NCBI GenBank assembly: GCA_963792965.1
Contig: CAWBYW010000009.1
Coordinates: 96,001-160,000, forward strand
DNA: 64,000 nucleotides
From: an uncultured delta proteobacterium
Lineage (GTDB): Bacteria; Desulfobacterota; Zymogenia; Zymogenales; Zymogenaceae
Direction of reading: 5' to 3'
Below are positions 39,800-52,166 of this stretch, one piece after another (position 1 is the stretch's first letter; each line of letters begins with the position of its first letter). The notes under the pieces are model-generated. The model was given only the letters and a program-made list of their open reading frames with translations, had not been told where the DNA came from and did not search any database. The position numbers were made by a program, and so were the translations under genes.

Positions 39800-40480
39800 C
39801 TAATTCCTCGCACGCATCAGGAAATAGAGGAGCGTCAGGATAGCGGTGGCAGCCGCCGCCACGTAGGTCATCGCCGCGGCCGTCAGCACCCGCCGCGCGC
39901 CCGCCACCTCGTCGGCCATGAGGATGCCCGAGGATGAAATGGCCGCCAGCGCCCGCCGGCTCGCGTTGATCTCCACGGGAAGCGTGATCACCTGAAACGC
40001 CACCACGGCGGAAAAAAGGATGACGCCGATTTTGATCAGTCCGACCATACCCAAAAACATCCCGGCGATCAACAGAATCCAGGCGAAGTTTGAGCCGACA
40101 TTCGCGATCGGCACGATGGCCGTCCGAAGCTTGAGCGGCGCATATCCATCCGCGTGCTGCAGCGCATGCCCCGCCTCGTGTGCGGCCACCCCGATGGACG
40201 AGACCGAGCGGCCCTGATAGACGTCGGGCGAGAGCCTGAGCGTCTTGCTGGAAGGGTCGTAGAAGTCGGAGAGAAATCCCCTCGTCGGCCCGATCTCCAC
40301 GTCGGTGATGCCTTTGCTCCTTAATATCTTGTCGGCCGCCTGAGCACCTGTCATCCCCGAGGCCGTCCCGACCTTGGAATATTTACGAAAGGAGCTCTTC
40401 ACCCAGAAGGAGGCGAAAAGCGAAAAGATAAACGCCGGAGCCATCAAGAGCAGATACAATGGATCAAATATCATCATCAC
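39800..40480 (-). CDS. Membrane zinc metallopeptidase (YugP-like)
   Basis: AAHEAGHALQH, TLPVEINASRRA, AAAMTYVA. Confidence 0.9.
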   Translation of the reverse strand: MMMIFDPLYLLLMAPAFIFSLFASFWVKSSFRKYSKVGTASGMTGAQAADKILRSKGITDVEIGPTRGFLSDFYDPSSKTLRLSPDVYQGRSVSSIGVAAHEAGHALQHADGYAPLKLRTAIVPIANVGSNFAWILLIAGMFLGMVGLIKIGVILFSAVVAFQVITLPVEINASRRALAAISSSGILMADEVAGARRVLTAAAMTYVAAAATAILTLLYFLMRARN

Positions 40481-40659
40481 ACCTCCTATCTATCATAATG
40501 TAACGCTTTTTTTGATGATGTCAAGAGTAATACGGGCCCGGCGGTTATCCCCAAAGGCCCGGGCGTTCCTGAGACCCAACGGGCGCCCCAAGGGGTCCGC
40601 GAGTTTCAGGAAGACGGAGAAGCCTGATGGGTGGGCTCGGCCTATCGTAGGTACGGCAG

Positions 40660-41415
40660 TTATCGCACATAGCGCTCGATGAAGTCGGCCGACTTCATCC
40701 GCTTTCCCAGTTGATGGTCGACGAAAGAAAGGAGGATCCTTCGGGTTTCGAGAAGCGATTGCGCGCTGAGCGCAATACGCGGCAGCCTCGCAAAAGAGGC
40801 GTCGAGCGCCGCCCTCAGGGCCGCGCTCGTGGAGCCCGACAGGGCCACCCCTCGGTCCCTCGGCACAAGGCATTTCGCACAAACGATCCCCCCCGCCTCG
40901 GGGACAAACAGTGAGCCCTCGCCATCGAGGGCCGCCGACCTGCAGCGCACGCATGACGAAAGGAGCGGCGCGATGCCGACGATCTTCAATATCCTCAACA
41001 CGAAAAGCCACAGGATGTCTTCCCGCGCACCACGCTGAGCCAGAAGGGCCAGGAACGTCGCGGTTGTATCGAAGAGGTCCGACGCCCCTTCCTCCTGGGG
41101 GGCAAGCTCCCTGGTGAGCTCCAGGACAAGCGCCCCGTAGGCCATGGAGCGCATCTCACGTGCGATCCCCTCGTGTGGGTCGATGAGGGCGGCGTCCTCG
41201 ATGAGAAACAGGTCCCTTCCCCGCGGGCGGTAGAATTTCACCCGGATAAGATGGCCCAGGTCGAAGGTATTGACGAAGCGCTTCTTGCTTTTCTTTGCCG
41301 ACTTGGCAATGCCGGTGATCCTTCCGGCGTCCCTGACCAGAAGGTCCACTAAGAGATCGGATTCCCCAAAATCCCTGGCCCCCAGCACGACGGCCGACGA
41401 CTCGATGCGCCTCAT
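40660..41415 (-). CDS. recO: DNA repair protein RecO
   Basis: FGESDL, AKSAKKSKKRF, CVRC...GGIVCAKC. Confidence 0.92.
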   Translation of the reverse strand: MRRIESSAVVLGARDFGESDLLVDLLVRDAGRITGIAKSAKKSKKRFVNTFDLGHLIRVKFYRPRGRDLFLIEDAALIDPHEGIAREMRSMAYGALVLELTRELAPQEEGASDLFDTTATFLALLAQRGAREDILWLFVLRILKIVGIAPLLSSCVRCRSAALDGEGSLFVPEAGGIVCAKCLVPRDRGVALSGSTSAALRAALDASFARLPRIALSAQSLLETRRILLSFVDHQLGKRMKSADFIERYVR

Positions 41416-41679
41416 GGCCCGGTTACCCGGACGGCCCGGACCGATGGCACGAAACGACCCGCACTCCGTGATGAAAGGCCGTCCGCGTGTCGTGCGTGCC
41501 CGTAGCGGGTGCCTTCTTCCTGGAGGAAGTCACGGAGTGCTATGGTCTGGACATGGACGCGTATCATGGCAGGCTCGATGAGAATCCGAGAGAGATAACA
41601 TATTATTCTTTATTATAATTATTATTACATGGACGATTGTCCACGTCAAGGCGCATGCCGCGGCACGAGGGCGCTCCCG

Positions 41680-42285
41680 TTATCGCCCTGATCGCGTCTG
41701 CTCCTTAAGGAGCCCGGCGAAGGCCTTGAACTCGGGCGTCCCCGCTTTCCCAAAGAGGGAAAAGAGGATCGTCTCGGCGGAGGTTATCTCGGCCCCGGCG
41801 TCCGCCATGAAACTGAGCCCGAGTTCCCAGTCGAGATTCTTTCGGGAGCAGACGGCGTCGGCGGCGACAAAAGGGACAAAACCCTCGTCGATCAGCTCGA
41901 TCGCCGACTGCAGGACGCAGATGTGGGTCTCCATCCCGGCCAGGATCAGGTTCGGCCTGCCGAGGGCCCTCACCGCGTCGGCCACGGCGGGCTCGCCCAT
42001 GAGCGAAAACGAGAGTTTCTCCAACGGGCGGTATGCGTCGCCCAGGATACGCTGGATCTCGGGCGCGGTCACGCCCAGTCCGCGCGGGTACTGTTCCGTA
42101 CTGATGATCGGCAGTGAGAGGATCCGTGCGCCCTCGATGAGGAGGATTGTCTGGGCGAGCGTGCGCTCGGCGACCTCCGTTTCCATCGTCGAAAGGAGGG
42201 ACGCCTGAAAATCGATGACGATCAGCGCCGTGTCTTCCCGAGTGGGGCGCGGCGGCCCGTCATACTGGTCGGTATCGGTGTGCAT
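41680..42285 (-). CDS. Isochorismatase family hydrolase
   Basis: VIDFQ, TEQYPRGLG, GMETHICVLQ. Confidence 0.9.
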   Translation of the reverse strand: MHTDTDQYDGPPRPTREDTALIVIDFQASLLSTMETEVAERTLAQTILLIEGARILSLPIISTEQYPRGLGVTAPEIQRILGDAYRPLEKLSFSLMGEPAVADAVRALGRPNLILAGMETHICVLQSAIELIDEGFVPFVAADAVCSRKNLDWELGLSFMADAGAEITSAETILFSLFGKAGTPEFKAFAGLLKEQTRSGR

Positions 42286-42486
42286 ACGTCTCTCTCCACA
42301 AAGGTCTTTTCAGGACACGCACTCGGCTTTCTTCATTCGTATCATGGGGGCACGCGCGTGTCAATATGGATAACGATGAGGGATCGCGCTCGATCCCCGC
42401 CGCGGCGCTCCTGGAGAGCCTTTTTGATTGACAATCGCGCGTAAATCGTGTTAGCTAAAAGAGAACATCTATACAGGGGTATTGGT

Positions 42487-43872
42487 ATGAAACTCGACTA
42501 CAGGAAGACGTTTCTGCTGGGCTTCGGCTTTTTAGGTGTGAGCGTCGTCTGGACGTTCTATAACAGCTTCGTGCCGATCATCCTCAAGGGGTTCATTGCC
42601 TCCAACGCCCTGATCGGGCTCATCATGACCTTTGACAATATCCTTGCCGTGACGATCCAGCCCATCATCGGGGCCGCCAGCGATAAGACGCGGACAAAGA
42701 TCGGCAGGCGTATGCCGTACCTGCTCATCGGTGCGCCCTTCGCCGCAATCTTTTTCGCCCTTATCCCCGTTGCGCAAACCCTCATGGTGCTCCTTTCCCT
42801 GATCATCCTCATGAATATTTTCATGGCGCTCTTTCGCTCCCCCGTCATCGCGCTCATGCCCGATATCATCCCCTCGCCGCTGAGGAGCAAGGCCAACGGC
42901 GTCATCAACTTCATGGGCGGGGCCGGCGCGCTCATCGCGGTTTTTGCCGGAGGGGCGCTCTTTAACAAGAACCAGGACGTGCCTTTCGTCGCGATCGCCG
43001 CCGTCATGCTGACGGCCATTATCGTCGTCTACCTCACCATCAAGGAGCCCAAGGAGATACCCGCCGAGGCGTCGGAGGATATTTCGTGGAAACTCGTGAA
43101 GGTCTCCACGATCGCCCTCGCGGTCGGGGTGGTATCGTTTCTCCTCCTCAACAGAACCGGCGTCCTGGACTCGTATTTGACGTTTTTCAAGGCGGACGCG
43201 ATCTATCAGGGACATATGCTGATTGCGCTGGCACTGTTTGCCCTCATCGTCTTTTTCACGATCCTCAGGTGGGTCCACAGGAGCACGATATTCATATTCC
43301 TGTCGATCTTTTTCTGGTTCTTCGGGTATAACGCCGTGGAGACCTTCTTCACCCTGTACGGCGTCAACACGCTCGGGCTCAAAGCGGGCACCGCGTCGAT
43401 GATCCTCGGGATCTTCATCATCACGTTCATCGTCTTTGCCATCCCGAGCGGCTTTATCGCCACGAAAATCGGGAGAAAGAAAACGATCATCGCGGGGCTC
43501 TGTCTCCTCATCTTCCCGATGGCGCTTATGGCCTTTACCACGTCCATACACGCGATCATCGCCATCATGTTCGTCTCCGGAATAGGCTGGGCCGCCGTTA
43601 ATATCAACTCCTTCCCGATGATATGGGACATCAGCACGGAAGAGATGCTGGGCACTTACACCGGGCTCTACTATTTCTTCTCGATGCTGGCCCAGACGGT
43701 CTCCCCACCGATCGTGGGGATCTTTATCGATTATAACCGAGGCGACTACCAAACTATGTTCTATATCGTGCCCGCCTTTTTCCTCCTTGCCCTCATCACC
43801 ATGCTCTTCGTGAAAGGGGGAGAGGCAAAGCCGATGACCGCGTCCAAGATTCTTGAGCAAATGGAGGTGTAA
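42487..43872 (+). CDS. MFS transporter (maltose/SLC45-like)
   Basis: SDKTRTKIGRRMPY, FRSPVIALMPD, GTYTGLYYF. Confidence 0.88.
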   Translation: MKLDYRKTFLLGFGFLGVSVVWTFYNSFVPIILKGFIASNALIGLIMTFDNILAVTIQPIIGAASDKTRTKIGRRMPYLLIGAPFAAIFFALIPVAQTLMVLLSLIILMNIFMALFRSPVIALMPDIIPSPLRSKANGVINFMGGAGALIAVFAGGALFNKNQDVPFVAIAAVMLTAIIVVYLTIKEPKEIPAEASEDISWKLVKVSTIALAVGVVSFLLLNRTGVLDSYLTFFKADAIYQGHMLIALALFALIVFFTILRWVHRSTIFIFLSIFFWFFGYNAVETFFTLYGVNTLGLKAGTASMILGIFIITFIVFAIPSGFIATKIGRKKTIIAGLCLLIFPMALMAFTTSIHAIIAIMFVSGIGWAAVNINSFPMIWDISTEEMLGTYTGLYYFFSMLAQTVSPPIVGIFIDYNRGDYQTMFYIVPAFFLLALITMLFVKGGEAKPMTASKILEQMEV

Positions 43873-43879
43873 GCGTCCC

Positions 43880-44182
43880 ATGGCCCAACCCAAACAGAAG
43901 ATCACCGTTACCGAGGTCGAATACGTGGCCAGGCTCGCGCGTCTCTCCCTCACGGGAAAGGAGACGGCGCACTATACCGATATCCTCAACGATATCCTGG
44001 CCTATATCGACAAGCTGGGCGAGCTGGACACAAAAAACGTTGAGCCGATGACGCACGCCATTCCCAATGAAAACGTAATGCGCCCAGATGTCGTCTGCCC
44101 GTCTGACGCCGCCTCCGATATCCTCAAGAACGCCCCCGACGCCAAGGGGGCCTTTTTCCGCGTCCCCAAGGTCATTGAGTAG
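43880..44182 (+). CDS. gatC: Asp/Glu-tRNA amidotransferase subunit C
   Basis: [19 protein letters not shown]. Confidence 0.95.
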   Translation: MAQPKQKITVTEVEYVARLARLSLTGKETAHYTDILNDILAYIDKLGELDTKNVEPMTHAIPNENVMRPDVVCPSDAASDILKNAPDAKGAFFRVPKVIE

Positions 44183-44190
44183 ACGAGACT

Positions 44191-45747
44191 ATGGACATAA
44201 CCGCGCTGACGATCCATGAGCTGAGAGACCTCCTGAAAGAGAGGAAGATAACCTCCGAGGAGGCCACGAAACAATACCTTGGGCGCATCGAGAGGCTTAA
44301 CCCGACGATCAACGCCTACATCACGGTCACAGAAAAGTCCGCACTGGCCGCGGCCAGGGAGGCAGACGCGCGCATTACCGCCGGAAAGACCGGAGCCCTC
44401 CTCGGCGTACCCCTGGCCGTCAAGGACGTCATCTGTACCAAGGGGGTCCGTACCACCTGCGCATCGAAGATCCTCCATAACTACATCCCCCCCTACGACG
44501 CGGCCGTGGTAGAGAAGCTCAGGGACGCGGGGGCGGTCATCCTCGGCAAGACCAACATGGATGAGTTCGCCATGGGCTCCTCGACGGAGTCCTCCCATTT
44601 CGGCCCGACCAAGAACCCCTATAATCTCGACTATATCCCCGGCGGATCGAGCGGCGGGTCCGCGGCGGCCATAGCTGCCGACCTTGCCGCCGGCGCCTTC
44701 GGATCGGACACGGGCGGCTCCATCCGCCAGCCCGCCTCCTATTCCGGCATCGTGGGCCTCAAGCCGACCTACGGGCGGGTGAGCCGCTACGGTCTGGTCG
44801 CCTACGCGTCGTCCCTTGACCAGATCGGGCCGATGACCAAAGACGTGGCCGATACCGCCATTCTCCTCTCCGTCATCTCCGGACACGATCGGAGGGACTC
44901 CACCTCGCTCGCGGTTCCCGTGCCGGATTTTTCGGCGTCTCTCACGGGTGACGTCTCCGGGATGAAGATCGGCATCTCGAAAGAATATTTCGGCGAGGGG
45001 CTCGATCCCGAGGTCAAAGGCCGGGTGATGGACGCCGTCGCCGTACTCGAGAGAGGCGGCGCGCAGGTAGTCGAAGTCACGCTGCCCCATACGGAGTATG
45101 CGCTGGCCTGCTACTATATCATCGCCCCGTCGGAGGCAAGCTCAAACCTTGCCCGCTACGACGGCGTCAGGTACGGCCTCAGGGAGGTGGACCCGGACGA
45201 CGGGATGATCGACATGTTCACGCGCTCGCGCTCGTCCGGATTCGGGGCGGAGGTGAAGCGCAGGATCATGCTGGGCACCTACGCCCTGTCGGCCGGCTAC
45301 TATGACGCATACTACAAGAAGGCCCTCCAGGTCCGCCGGCTCATCCGGGACGATTTTGACCGGGCCTTTTCCGCGGCCGACGTCATCGCCTGTCCCGCGG
45401 CGCCGACACCGGCGTATCGGATTGGTGAAAAGATCGCCGATCCCCTCTCGATGTACCTCGGCGACATCTACACGGTGACGGCCAACCTCGCCGGCATACC
45501 GGGGATCTCGGTGCCGGTTGGGATGAGCGCCGCCGGGCTCCCCATCGGACTGCAGCTTCTCGGAAAACCCCTCGGAGAGCCCGAGATACTCAGGGCCGCC
45601 CACTACGTCCAGACCCACCAAACGGTACAGCTCCCCGAAGCCGAGGCTATAGCGCAACGAAGCGAACACATCCGCTCGGACAGCGCGGACGGGTTGCAGG
45701 TAGCCTGTCCGGAATCGAGCGGACACGGGGGGCTGCGCTTCCCGTGA
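44191..45747 (+). CDS. gatA: Asp/Glu-tRNA amidotransferase subunit A (true end may be TAG 45652 after a frameshift)
   Basis: [30 protein letters not shown]. Confidence 0.96.
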   Translation: MDITALTIHELRDLLKERKITSEEATKQYLGRIERLNPTINAYITVTEKSALAAAREADARITAGKTGALLGVPLAVKDVICTKGVRTTCASKILHNYIPPYDAAVVEKLRDAGAVILGKTNMDEFAMGSSTESSHFGPTKNPYNLDYIPGGSSGGSAAAIAADLAAGAFGSDTGGSIRQPASYSGIVGLKPTYGRVSRYGLVAYASSLDQIGPMTKDVADTAILLSVISGHDRRDSTSLAVPVPDFSASLTGDVSGMKIGISKEYFGEGLDPEVKGRVMDAVAVLERGGAQVVEVTLPHTEYALACYYIIAPSEASSNLARYDGVRYGLREVDPDDGMIDMFTRSRSSGFGAEVKRRIMLGTYALSAGYYDAYYKKALQVRRLIRDDFDRAFSAADVIACPAAPTPAYRIGEKIADPLSMYLGDIYTVTANLAGIPGISVPVGMSAAGLPIGLQLLGKPLGEPEILRAAHYVQTHQTVQLPEAEAIAQRSEHIRSDSADGLQVACPESSGHGGLRFP

Positions 45748-46017
45748 CGCCGGCCCGGCGCCGGCGTACATGGCGTCGTCTGACGTGATGGTTTCCTTGC
45801 ATTGTGCAAGGAACTCTTGACGCCCGCTGCCCCATCGAGCCGTCCTTTCTCGCCCGAGGCGGCGTAGGCGACGGTGCCCTTCCTGTACGGGTCGCAACTG
45901 ACAACCGTACATAACTAATTAAAAAAGATTAATGATATCGTTATAAGAAAAACGTAACAGGTACGTTTAAATCTGCTATAATTTCCCGAACAACACGAGA
46001 ATACGGGATTGGTGAAT

Positions 46018-47449
46018 ATGAATTATCAGGCGGTGATCGGCCTTGAGGTCCACGCCCAGATGTTGACGGCCTCAAAGATATTCTGCGGCTGTTCCACGAA
46101 GTTCGGCGCCGATCCGAATTCCTCTATTTGTCCGGTCTGCACGGCACAGCCCGGGGTGTTGCCCGTCCTCAACAAAAAGGTAGTGGAATTCGCCGTGAAG
46201 ACGGCCCTGGCCACCCACGGTGAGGTTGCGGACCGCTCATGGTTTGCCAGAAAAAACTACTTCTATCCCGACCTCCCCAAAGGCTATCAGATTTCCCAGT
46301 ATGAATTTCCCCTGGCCAAGGGCGGCTACATCGAGATCGAGACCGGCGGAGTCGCAAAAAAGGTCGGCCTCATCCGCATCCACATGGAAGAGGACGCCGG
46401 GAAGCTTCTGCACGATGAGCGCGCCCCGCACAGCTACGTGGACCTCAACCGAACGGGCGTGCCGCTGATGGAAATCGTCTCCGAGCCCGATATCAATAGT
46501 CCTCAGGAGGCGGGGGCCTATCTGAGGAAGCTCAGGAGCATTCTCAGGTACCTCGAGGTCTGCGACGGCAACATGGAGGAGGGGAGCTTCCGCTGCGACG
46601 CCAACGTGTCCGTGATGCCGGAAGGCTCAAAGGAGCTCGGCACACGCACCGAGCTCAAGAACATGAACTCGTTCAAGAACGTCGAGAAAGCGCTCGACTA
46701 CGAGATCGTCAGACAGACCAAAGTCCTCAATGAGGGCGGCAAGGTCATCCAGGAGACCCGCCTCTGGAATGACGCGAGAGACATCACCGAGTCGATGCGA
46801 TCAAAAGAGGAGGCTCACGATTATCGCTATTTCCCCGACCCCGACCTCGTAGCGCTCGTGGTCGATTCGGCGTGGATAGAAGAGATCAGGAAAGGGCTCC
46901 CGGAGCTCCCCGACCAGAAGGTGGCCCGGTTCGTCCATGACTACGGGATTCCGCGATACGACGCGGAAGTTCTCTCGGCCGAGAAGGAGATGGCCGATTA
47001 CTTCGAGGAGGTCGTTCGGTACAGGGCGCCCGCAAAACAGGCCTCAAACTGGATCATGACGGAGCTGATGCGCGAGCTCAAGGAAGCCAGGCGCGACATC
47101 ACCGAAGTCCCCGATCTCCGCCGAGGCGCTGGCCCAGATGATCCTTCTGATCGAGTCGGGAACCATCAGCGGTAAGATCGCCAAGACCGTCTTTGCCGAG
47201 ATGGCAAAGACGGGAAAAGCGGCGGGTGAGATCGTCAAGGGACAAGGGCTCACCCAGATCTCCGATCCGGCCGAGATCGAGGCGGTCGCGCGCAGGGTCA
47301 TCAAGGCATTCCCCAAGGAGACGACCGACTACAGGGCAGGAAAGGAAAAGCTGCTCGCCTTTTTCGTCGGCCAGGTCATGAAGGAGACCAAGGGGAAGGC
47401 CAACCCGCAGCTCGTCAATGAGCTGCTCCAGAAGGTCTTGAAAGAGTGA
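46018..47449 (+). CDS. gatB: Asp/Glu-tRNA amidotransferase subunit B (frameshift near 47107)
   Basis: [28 protein letters not shown]; C-terminal FFVGQVMK...GKANP in the next frame. Confidence 0.96.
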
Positions 47450-47682
47450 GGTCGCAACCGACGTCCGCCCGTATGGAACCTCGGCGTGTGATACGAGTCA
47501 TACTCTTCTTAAGGTAAAGGGATTATTCTTGCGATGAAAAATAGAGCCGGATTTTACGGCACCGTCCCCATCTGGGGCCGCCGGGCCGGGTGGCCGACAG
47601 CATTGGCAGAAGATCTTTTTTAGCGTAACCATCACGCGGTTCGCAACGCCCTGAAGGGCGACGGCCGCGCCTCCCGCATACC

Positions 47683-49176
47683 ATGACAAAAAGAGCAAGA
47701 ATCGCACTCATCATTGCCTGCTGCTGCGTCATCTGTGTCGTCTTGTTTCTCACCTTCATCCCCAGGGTGATCAACACGACCGCCTACCGCAACAGCGCTG
47801 CCGACTGGCTCACGGCACGGCTCAGCCGTGTCGTTACCATCGGCGACCTCAGGCTTTCCATCATTACCGGACCTAAGATTATCCTGAGGGATCTTACGAT
47901 TCAGGACGACCCCGCTTTTTCACGGGAGCCGTTTCTTTCCGCCCGCGAGGTCGTCATCTCCGTCAGGCCGATCCCGCTCCTGTCGGGTAGGATCGTCGTG
48001 CGCGGCGTTGTGATTAAGAAGCCTGTATTATCGGTCATCGAAAAAGACGATTCATCCCTTAACGTCGCGACGCTCACGCTATATCAGGCCAAGGGTCCTT
48101 CGGGCACGATCCTGAAGACCAACCTCTTTGAGCTCCCGATTCCTTCCCTTGCCGATAACGGTCCCATGGTGCAGGAAATCGACATCAAAGACGCCGACGT
48201 AATCTACTCCCGAATCAGTGCCGATAAGACTTTCGACGAGCTCCTCCGCCTCAAGGGGATGGATATCGAGATCAAGAACATCGAGGCGACCCGTACCGTG
48301 GCGACCGAAAGGATCGCTCAACCGTCGATTCCTCTTTCCGGGGACGTCTCGCTGACGATATCGACCGGATTTGTCAAGGGATTCCCCTTCGATAACATGG
48401 AGGTCGCCGGCACGATCAAGGACGATACCCTGAGAGTCGACGAGATGAGCACGGAGCTCTTCGGGGGCTCGCTTTCCGCCAACGGCTACGTCGATCTCTC
48501 GCGGGTCAACAAGGGCATGGTTATCAACGCCGAGCTTTCCAACGTCGTGGCCAACAAGCTCATCTCCATCATCCGGAAGGACGAAAATTCCTGCTTCGGC
48601 ATGCTGAACTTCGAGGGGACATTTACCGCCAAAGGAAAGACGACGGGTGAGATGATAGACAATATCTCAGGAGAAGGTCTGATTCGGGTCGAGGACGGCC
48701 ACATCCCGTCTTTCAATATCAGGACCGAGCTCAGCGCCCTGGGCCTCATCCCCAACAAAGGGATCTCCGATATGCTCGACACGAGCTTTTCCATCATCGG
48801 GGGAAGCTTCGTTCTCTCGGGTAATAAATTCGTAACCTCGAAGCTTGCCATCAAAGCCGAGGAGTGGGACGCCATCGCCAAAGGTGAGGTCGACCTTTCG
48901 GGGGCCGTCGATTTTTCGGGCGACATGTTCCTCTCCAGCGCGATGTCGCTGGATATTAAGCCGGAGTACCTCACCTCCATGCTGCACAATCAGACGGGGA
49001 GGCTCTCCCTGCCCTTCAACATCACCGGTAACGTCCAAAGCCTCGAATTCCTGCTGCGTCCGGAGTTCCTGACCGAAAAAGACGCCGACGAAATATTCGA
49101 TGAATTCAAGCGGGAGATCACGGATAAATATAAGGAAGGCTACTCCATCAAGTTCATAAATCGAATCTCGTTTTAA
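47683..49176 (+). CDS. AsmA family protein
   Basis: N-terminal TM, beta-rich body, LFGGSLSANG, LPFNITG. Confidence 0.8.
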   Translation: MTKRARIALIIACCCVICVVLFLTFIPRVINTTAYRNSAADWLTARLSRVVTIGDLRLSIITGPKIILRDLTIQDDPAFSREPFLSAREVVISVRPIPLLSGRIVVRGVVIKKPVLSVIEKDDSSLNVATLTLYQAKGPSGTILKTNLFELPIPSLADNGPMVQEIDIKDADVIYSRISADKTFDELLRLKGMDIEIKNIEATRTVATERIAQPSIPLSGDVSLTISTGFVKGFPFDNMEVAGTIKDDTLRVDEMSTELFGGSLSANGYVDLSRVNKGMVINAELSNVVANKLISIIRKDENSCFGMLNFEGTFTAKGKTTGEMIDNISGEGLIRVEDGHIPSFNIRTELSALGLIPNKGISDMLDTSFSIIGGSFVLSGNKFVTSKLAIKAEEWDAIAKGEVDLSGAVDFSGDMFLSSAMSLDIKPEYLTSMLHNQTGRLSLPFNITGNVQSLEFLLRPEFLTEKDADEIFDEFKREITDKYKEGYSIKFINRISF

Positions 49177-49187
49177 TTCCTCACGAT

Positions 49188-50261
<1,074 letters not shown>

Positions 50262-50391
50262 GGGGTAATTTACGGTAAAAAATACACGATGATAATAAAA
50301 ACTGTTGAGTTTTTGTCACAAATCTCATATGATAGGGTGTGTATGAACGCTCGATCTGTCTTTTGTTGAACCTCAACTAACTTGTGATTTC

Positions 50392-51777
50392 GTGGGCTGG
50401 TTAAAAGATACAATCCTCGCTATAGTGCCCTTCTCCCGGGACCAAAAAAAGGGGAGAGACAGACAGCCTTCCCCATACCGGGAAGTCCAACCGGTAATCC
50501 TTTCCCGTGATAAACACCCGATATCCCGAAGAAACATCGATCCCGATGCCCTCAAGGTCATGTACCGCCTCTATAATCACGGGCACAAGGCTTATCTCGT
50601 CGGAGGTGGGGTCCGCGACCTGTTGCTGGGTAAAAACCCCAAGGATTATGACGTGGGGACAGACGCCAACCCGAAGGAAATCCGGCGGCTCTTCACCAAC
50701 AGCATGATTATCGGCCGCCGATTCAAGATCGTCCATATCAGGTTCAGAAACAACAAGATCATTGAAGTGACGACCTTCAGACGTAAGGGCGACCAGGACG
50801 AGTCGAGGCCGGGGCTGCCGATGCTCAGGGACAACACGTTCGGCACTGAGCAGGAAGACGCCTTTCGCCGCGATATCACGATCAATGGGCTCTTCTACAA
50901 CATCGAGAACTACACGATCATCGATTACGTCGGGGGCCTGGACGATCTCAAAAACAAGGTTATCCGGATCATCGGCGAGCCGAGGACCCGAATCACGGAG
51001 GATCCGGTCCGTATCATCCGCGCCATACGGCACGCCGCCCGCACCGGCTTCGGCATCGAGGAACGGACCGATCAGGCCATTCGGGAGCTCTTCGGAAACC
51101 TCGCCCACTGCTCGCCCGCACGACTCCACGAGGAGCTCATCAAGGAGCTCAAGGGCGGATATTCAGGAAAAACCCTCAGGTACTTCAGGGACTACGGCAT
51201 CCTGAGCGTGCTCTTCCCCGAAATCCAGGATGCGACCGAAAAGCACGACATCACCCGTGACCAGTTCTACCGGTGTCTGGAGCTGCTGGACGCGCTCACC
51301 CGGTCGGGAAGGGAGTTCTCCATTCCCTTCCTCTTCTCTGTCCCCCTGATCCCCGTCGTGATCTCGCTGATCGACCACGCCACCGCCGGGGCGGAGGGGA
51401 AGACGCCGGATGTCCCGCGGATCATCCAGGAATCCCTGGTCCGGTCGCTGGCCAGGGTCGGGGTATCCAAGCGTAATATCGACACGATGCGCCACCTCCT
51501 CTTCTTAAACTGGAAGATGTTCAGGATGATCGACCGCGGCTACATCCCCGCGGTCCTGAGGGGAAAGACGCATTTTACCGAGGCCTTTGATCTTCTCTCG
51601 ATCACCGCCAAGGCGTATGGCTACTTCCCCGAGGCGCCCTGGCCACCCGGACCGGAGGGGCTGGAGCCGTTGAGAAGGCTTATCCGATCCCCCAGGAGGA
51701 GGCACGGCCCACGACACCACAGGAGGCAAGGACCTCCCCGCCCGAGCGTTGAAAGGGGCCGGCCGGGCCGAAAGTGA
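50392..51777 (+). CDS. pcnB: Poly(A) polymerase I
   Basis: GGGVRDLL, DYD, PAP signature IIGRRFKIVHI, RRDITINGL, EDPVR. Confidence 0.88.
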   Translation: MGWLKDTILAIVPFSRDQKKGRDRQPSPYREVQPVILSRDKHPISRRNIDPDALKVMYRLYNHGHKAYLVGGGVRDLLLGKNPKDYDVGTDANPKEIRRLFTNSMIIGRRFKIVHIRFRNNKIIEVTTFRRKGDQDESRPGLPMLRDNTFGTEQEDAFRRDITINGLFYNIENYTIIDYVGGLDDLKNKVIRIIGEPRTRITEDPVRIIRAIRHAARTGFGIEERTDQAIRELFGNLAHCSPARLHEELIKELKGGYSGKTLRYFRDYGILSVLFPEIQDATEKHDITRDQFYRCLELLDALTRSGREFSIPFLFSVPLIPVVISLIDHATAGAEGKTPDVPRIIQESLVRSLARVGVSKRNIDTMRHLLFLNWKMFRMIDRGYIPAVLRGKTHFTEAFDLLSITAKAYGYFPEAPWPPGPEGLEPLRRLIRSPRRRHGPRHHRRQGPPRPSVERGRPGRK

Positions 51778-51830
51778 CGTGCCTTCACGGCGTTCGAGTG
51801 AAAGAAAGCGAGACCACGCCTCATCTCTTC

Positions 51831-51860
51831 TTGCTTTTTTCCAAGAGTCGGAACTATAAT
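51831..51860 (+). promoter_or_regulatory. sigma70 promoter of tRNA-Pro
   Basis: TTGCTT, 18 bp, TATAAT, 8 bp before the tRNA. Confidence 0.55.
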
Positions 51861-51868
51861 GGGACGAT

Positions 51869-51946
<78 letters not shown>

Positions 51947-51958
51947 TTTATGTAATAA

Positions 51959-51971
51959 TATCAATAGCTTA
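51959..51971 (+). promoter_or_regulatory. IHF binding site
   Basis: TATCAATAGCTTA is an exact match to WATCAANNNNTTR. Confidence 0.6.
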
Positions 51972-52020
51972 TAAAACGGCTCTTATGCTGGATTTTATTG
52001 ATACGAAGACTGTTACATAC

Positions 52021-52070
52021 ACCAGGGAATGCTAGGGAATTTCAGGGCATCATAGGGAAAGCTGGGGAAT
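52021..52070 (+). repeat. Five degenerate 10-bp tandem repeats (NNNAGGGAAT)
   Basis: accagggaat gctagggaat ttcagggcat catagggaaa gctggggaat. Confidence 0.7.
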
Positions 52071-52166
52071 TGTAACTACAGTGAGGTCTGTCTAATATCG
52101 TCATGACTACCTGTGCGGTGAGACAGGGAGGCATAGCCTCGGACTTCTAATAATACACCGAGGCAT

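Noticed and set aside
41412-41567. 51-codon minus-strand ORF overlapping the recO start (ATGA)
   Set aside because: No recognisable motif or clear RBS; cannot be supported
45653-45747. Novel C-terminal extension of GatA
   Set aside because: A shifted frame gives ...PKPRL* ending at 45652, a normal GatA length, so a frameshift artefact is more likely
47090-47140. Programmed frameshift in gatB
   Set aside because: No slippery heptamer; matches the window-wide indel error pattern
52021-52070. Possible CRISPR array
   Set aside because: Repeats are 10 bp with no spacers; no cas genes or CRISPR-like array seen anywhere in the window
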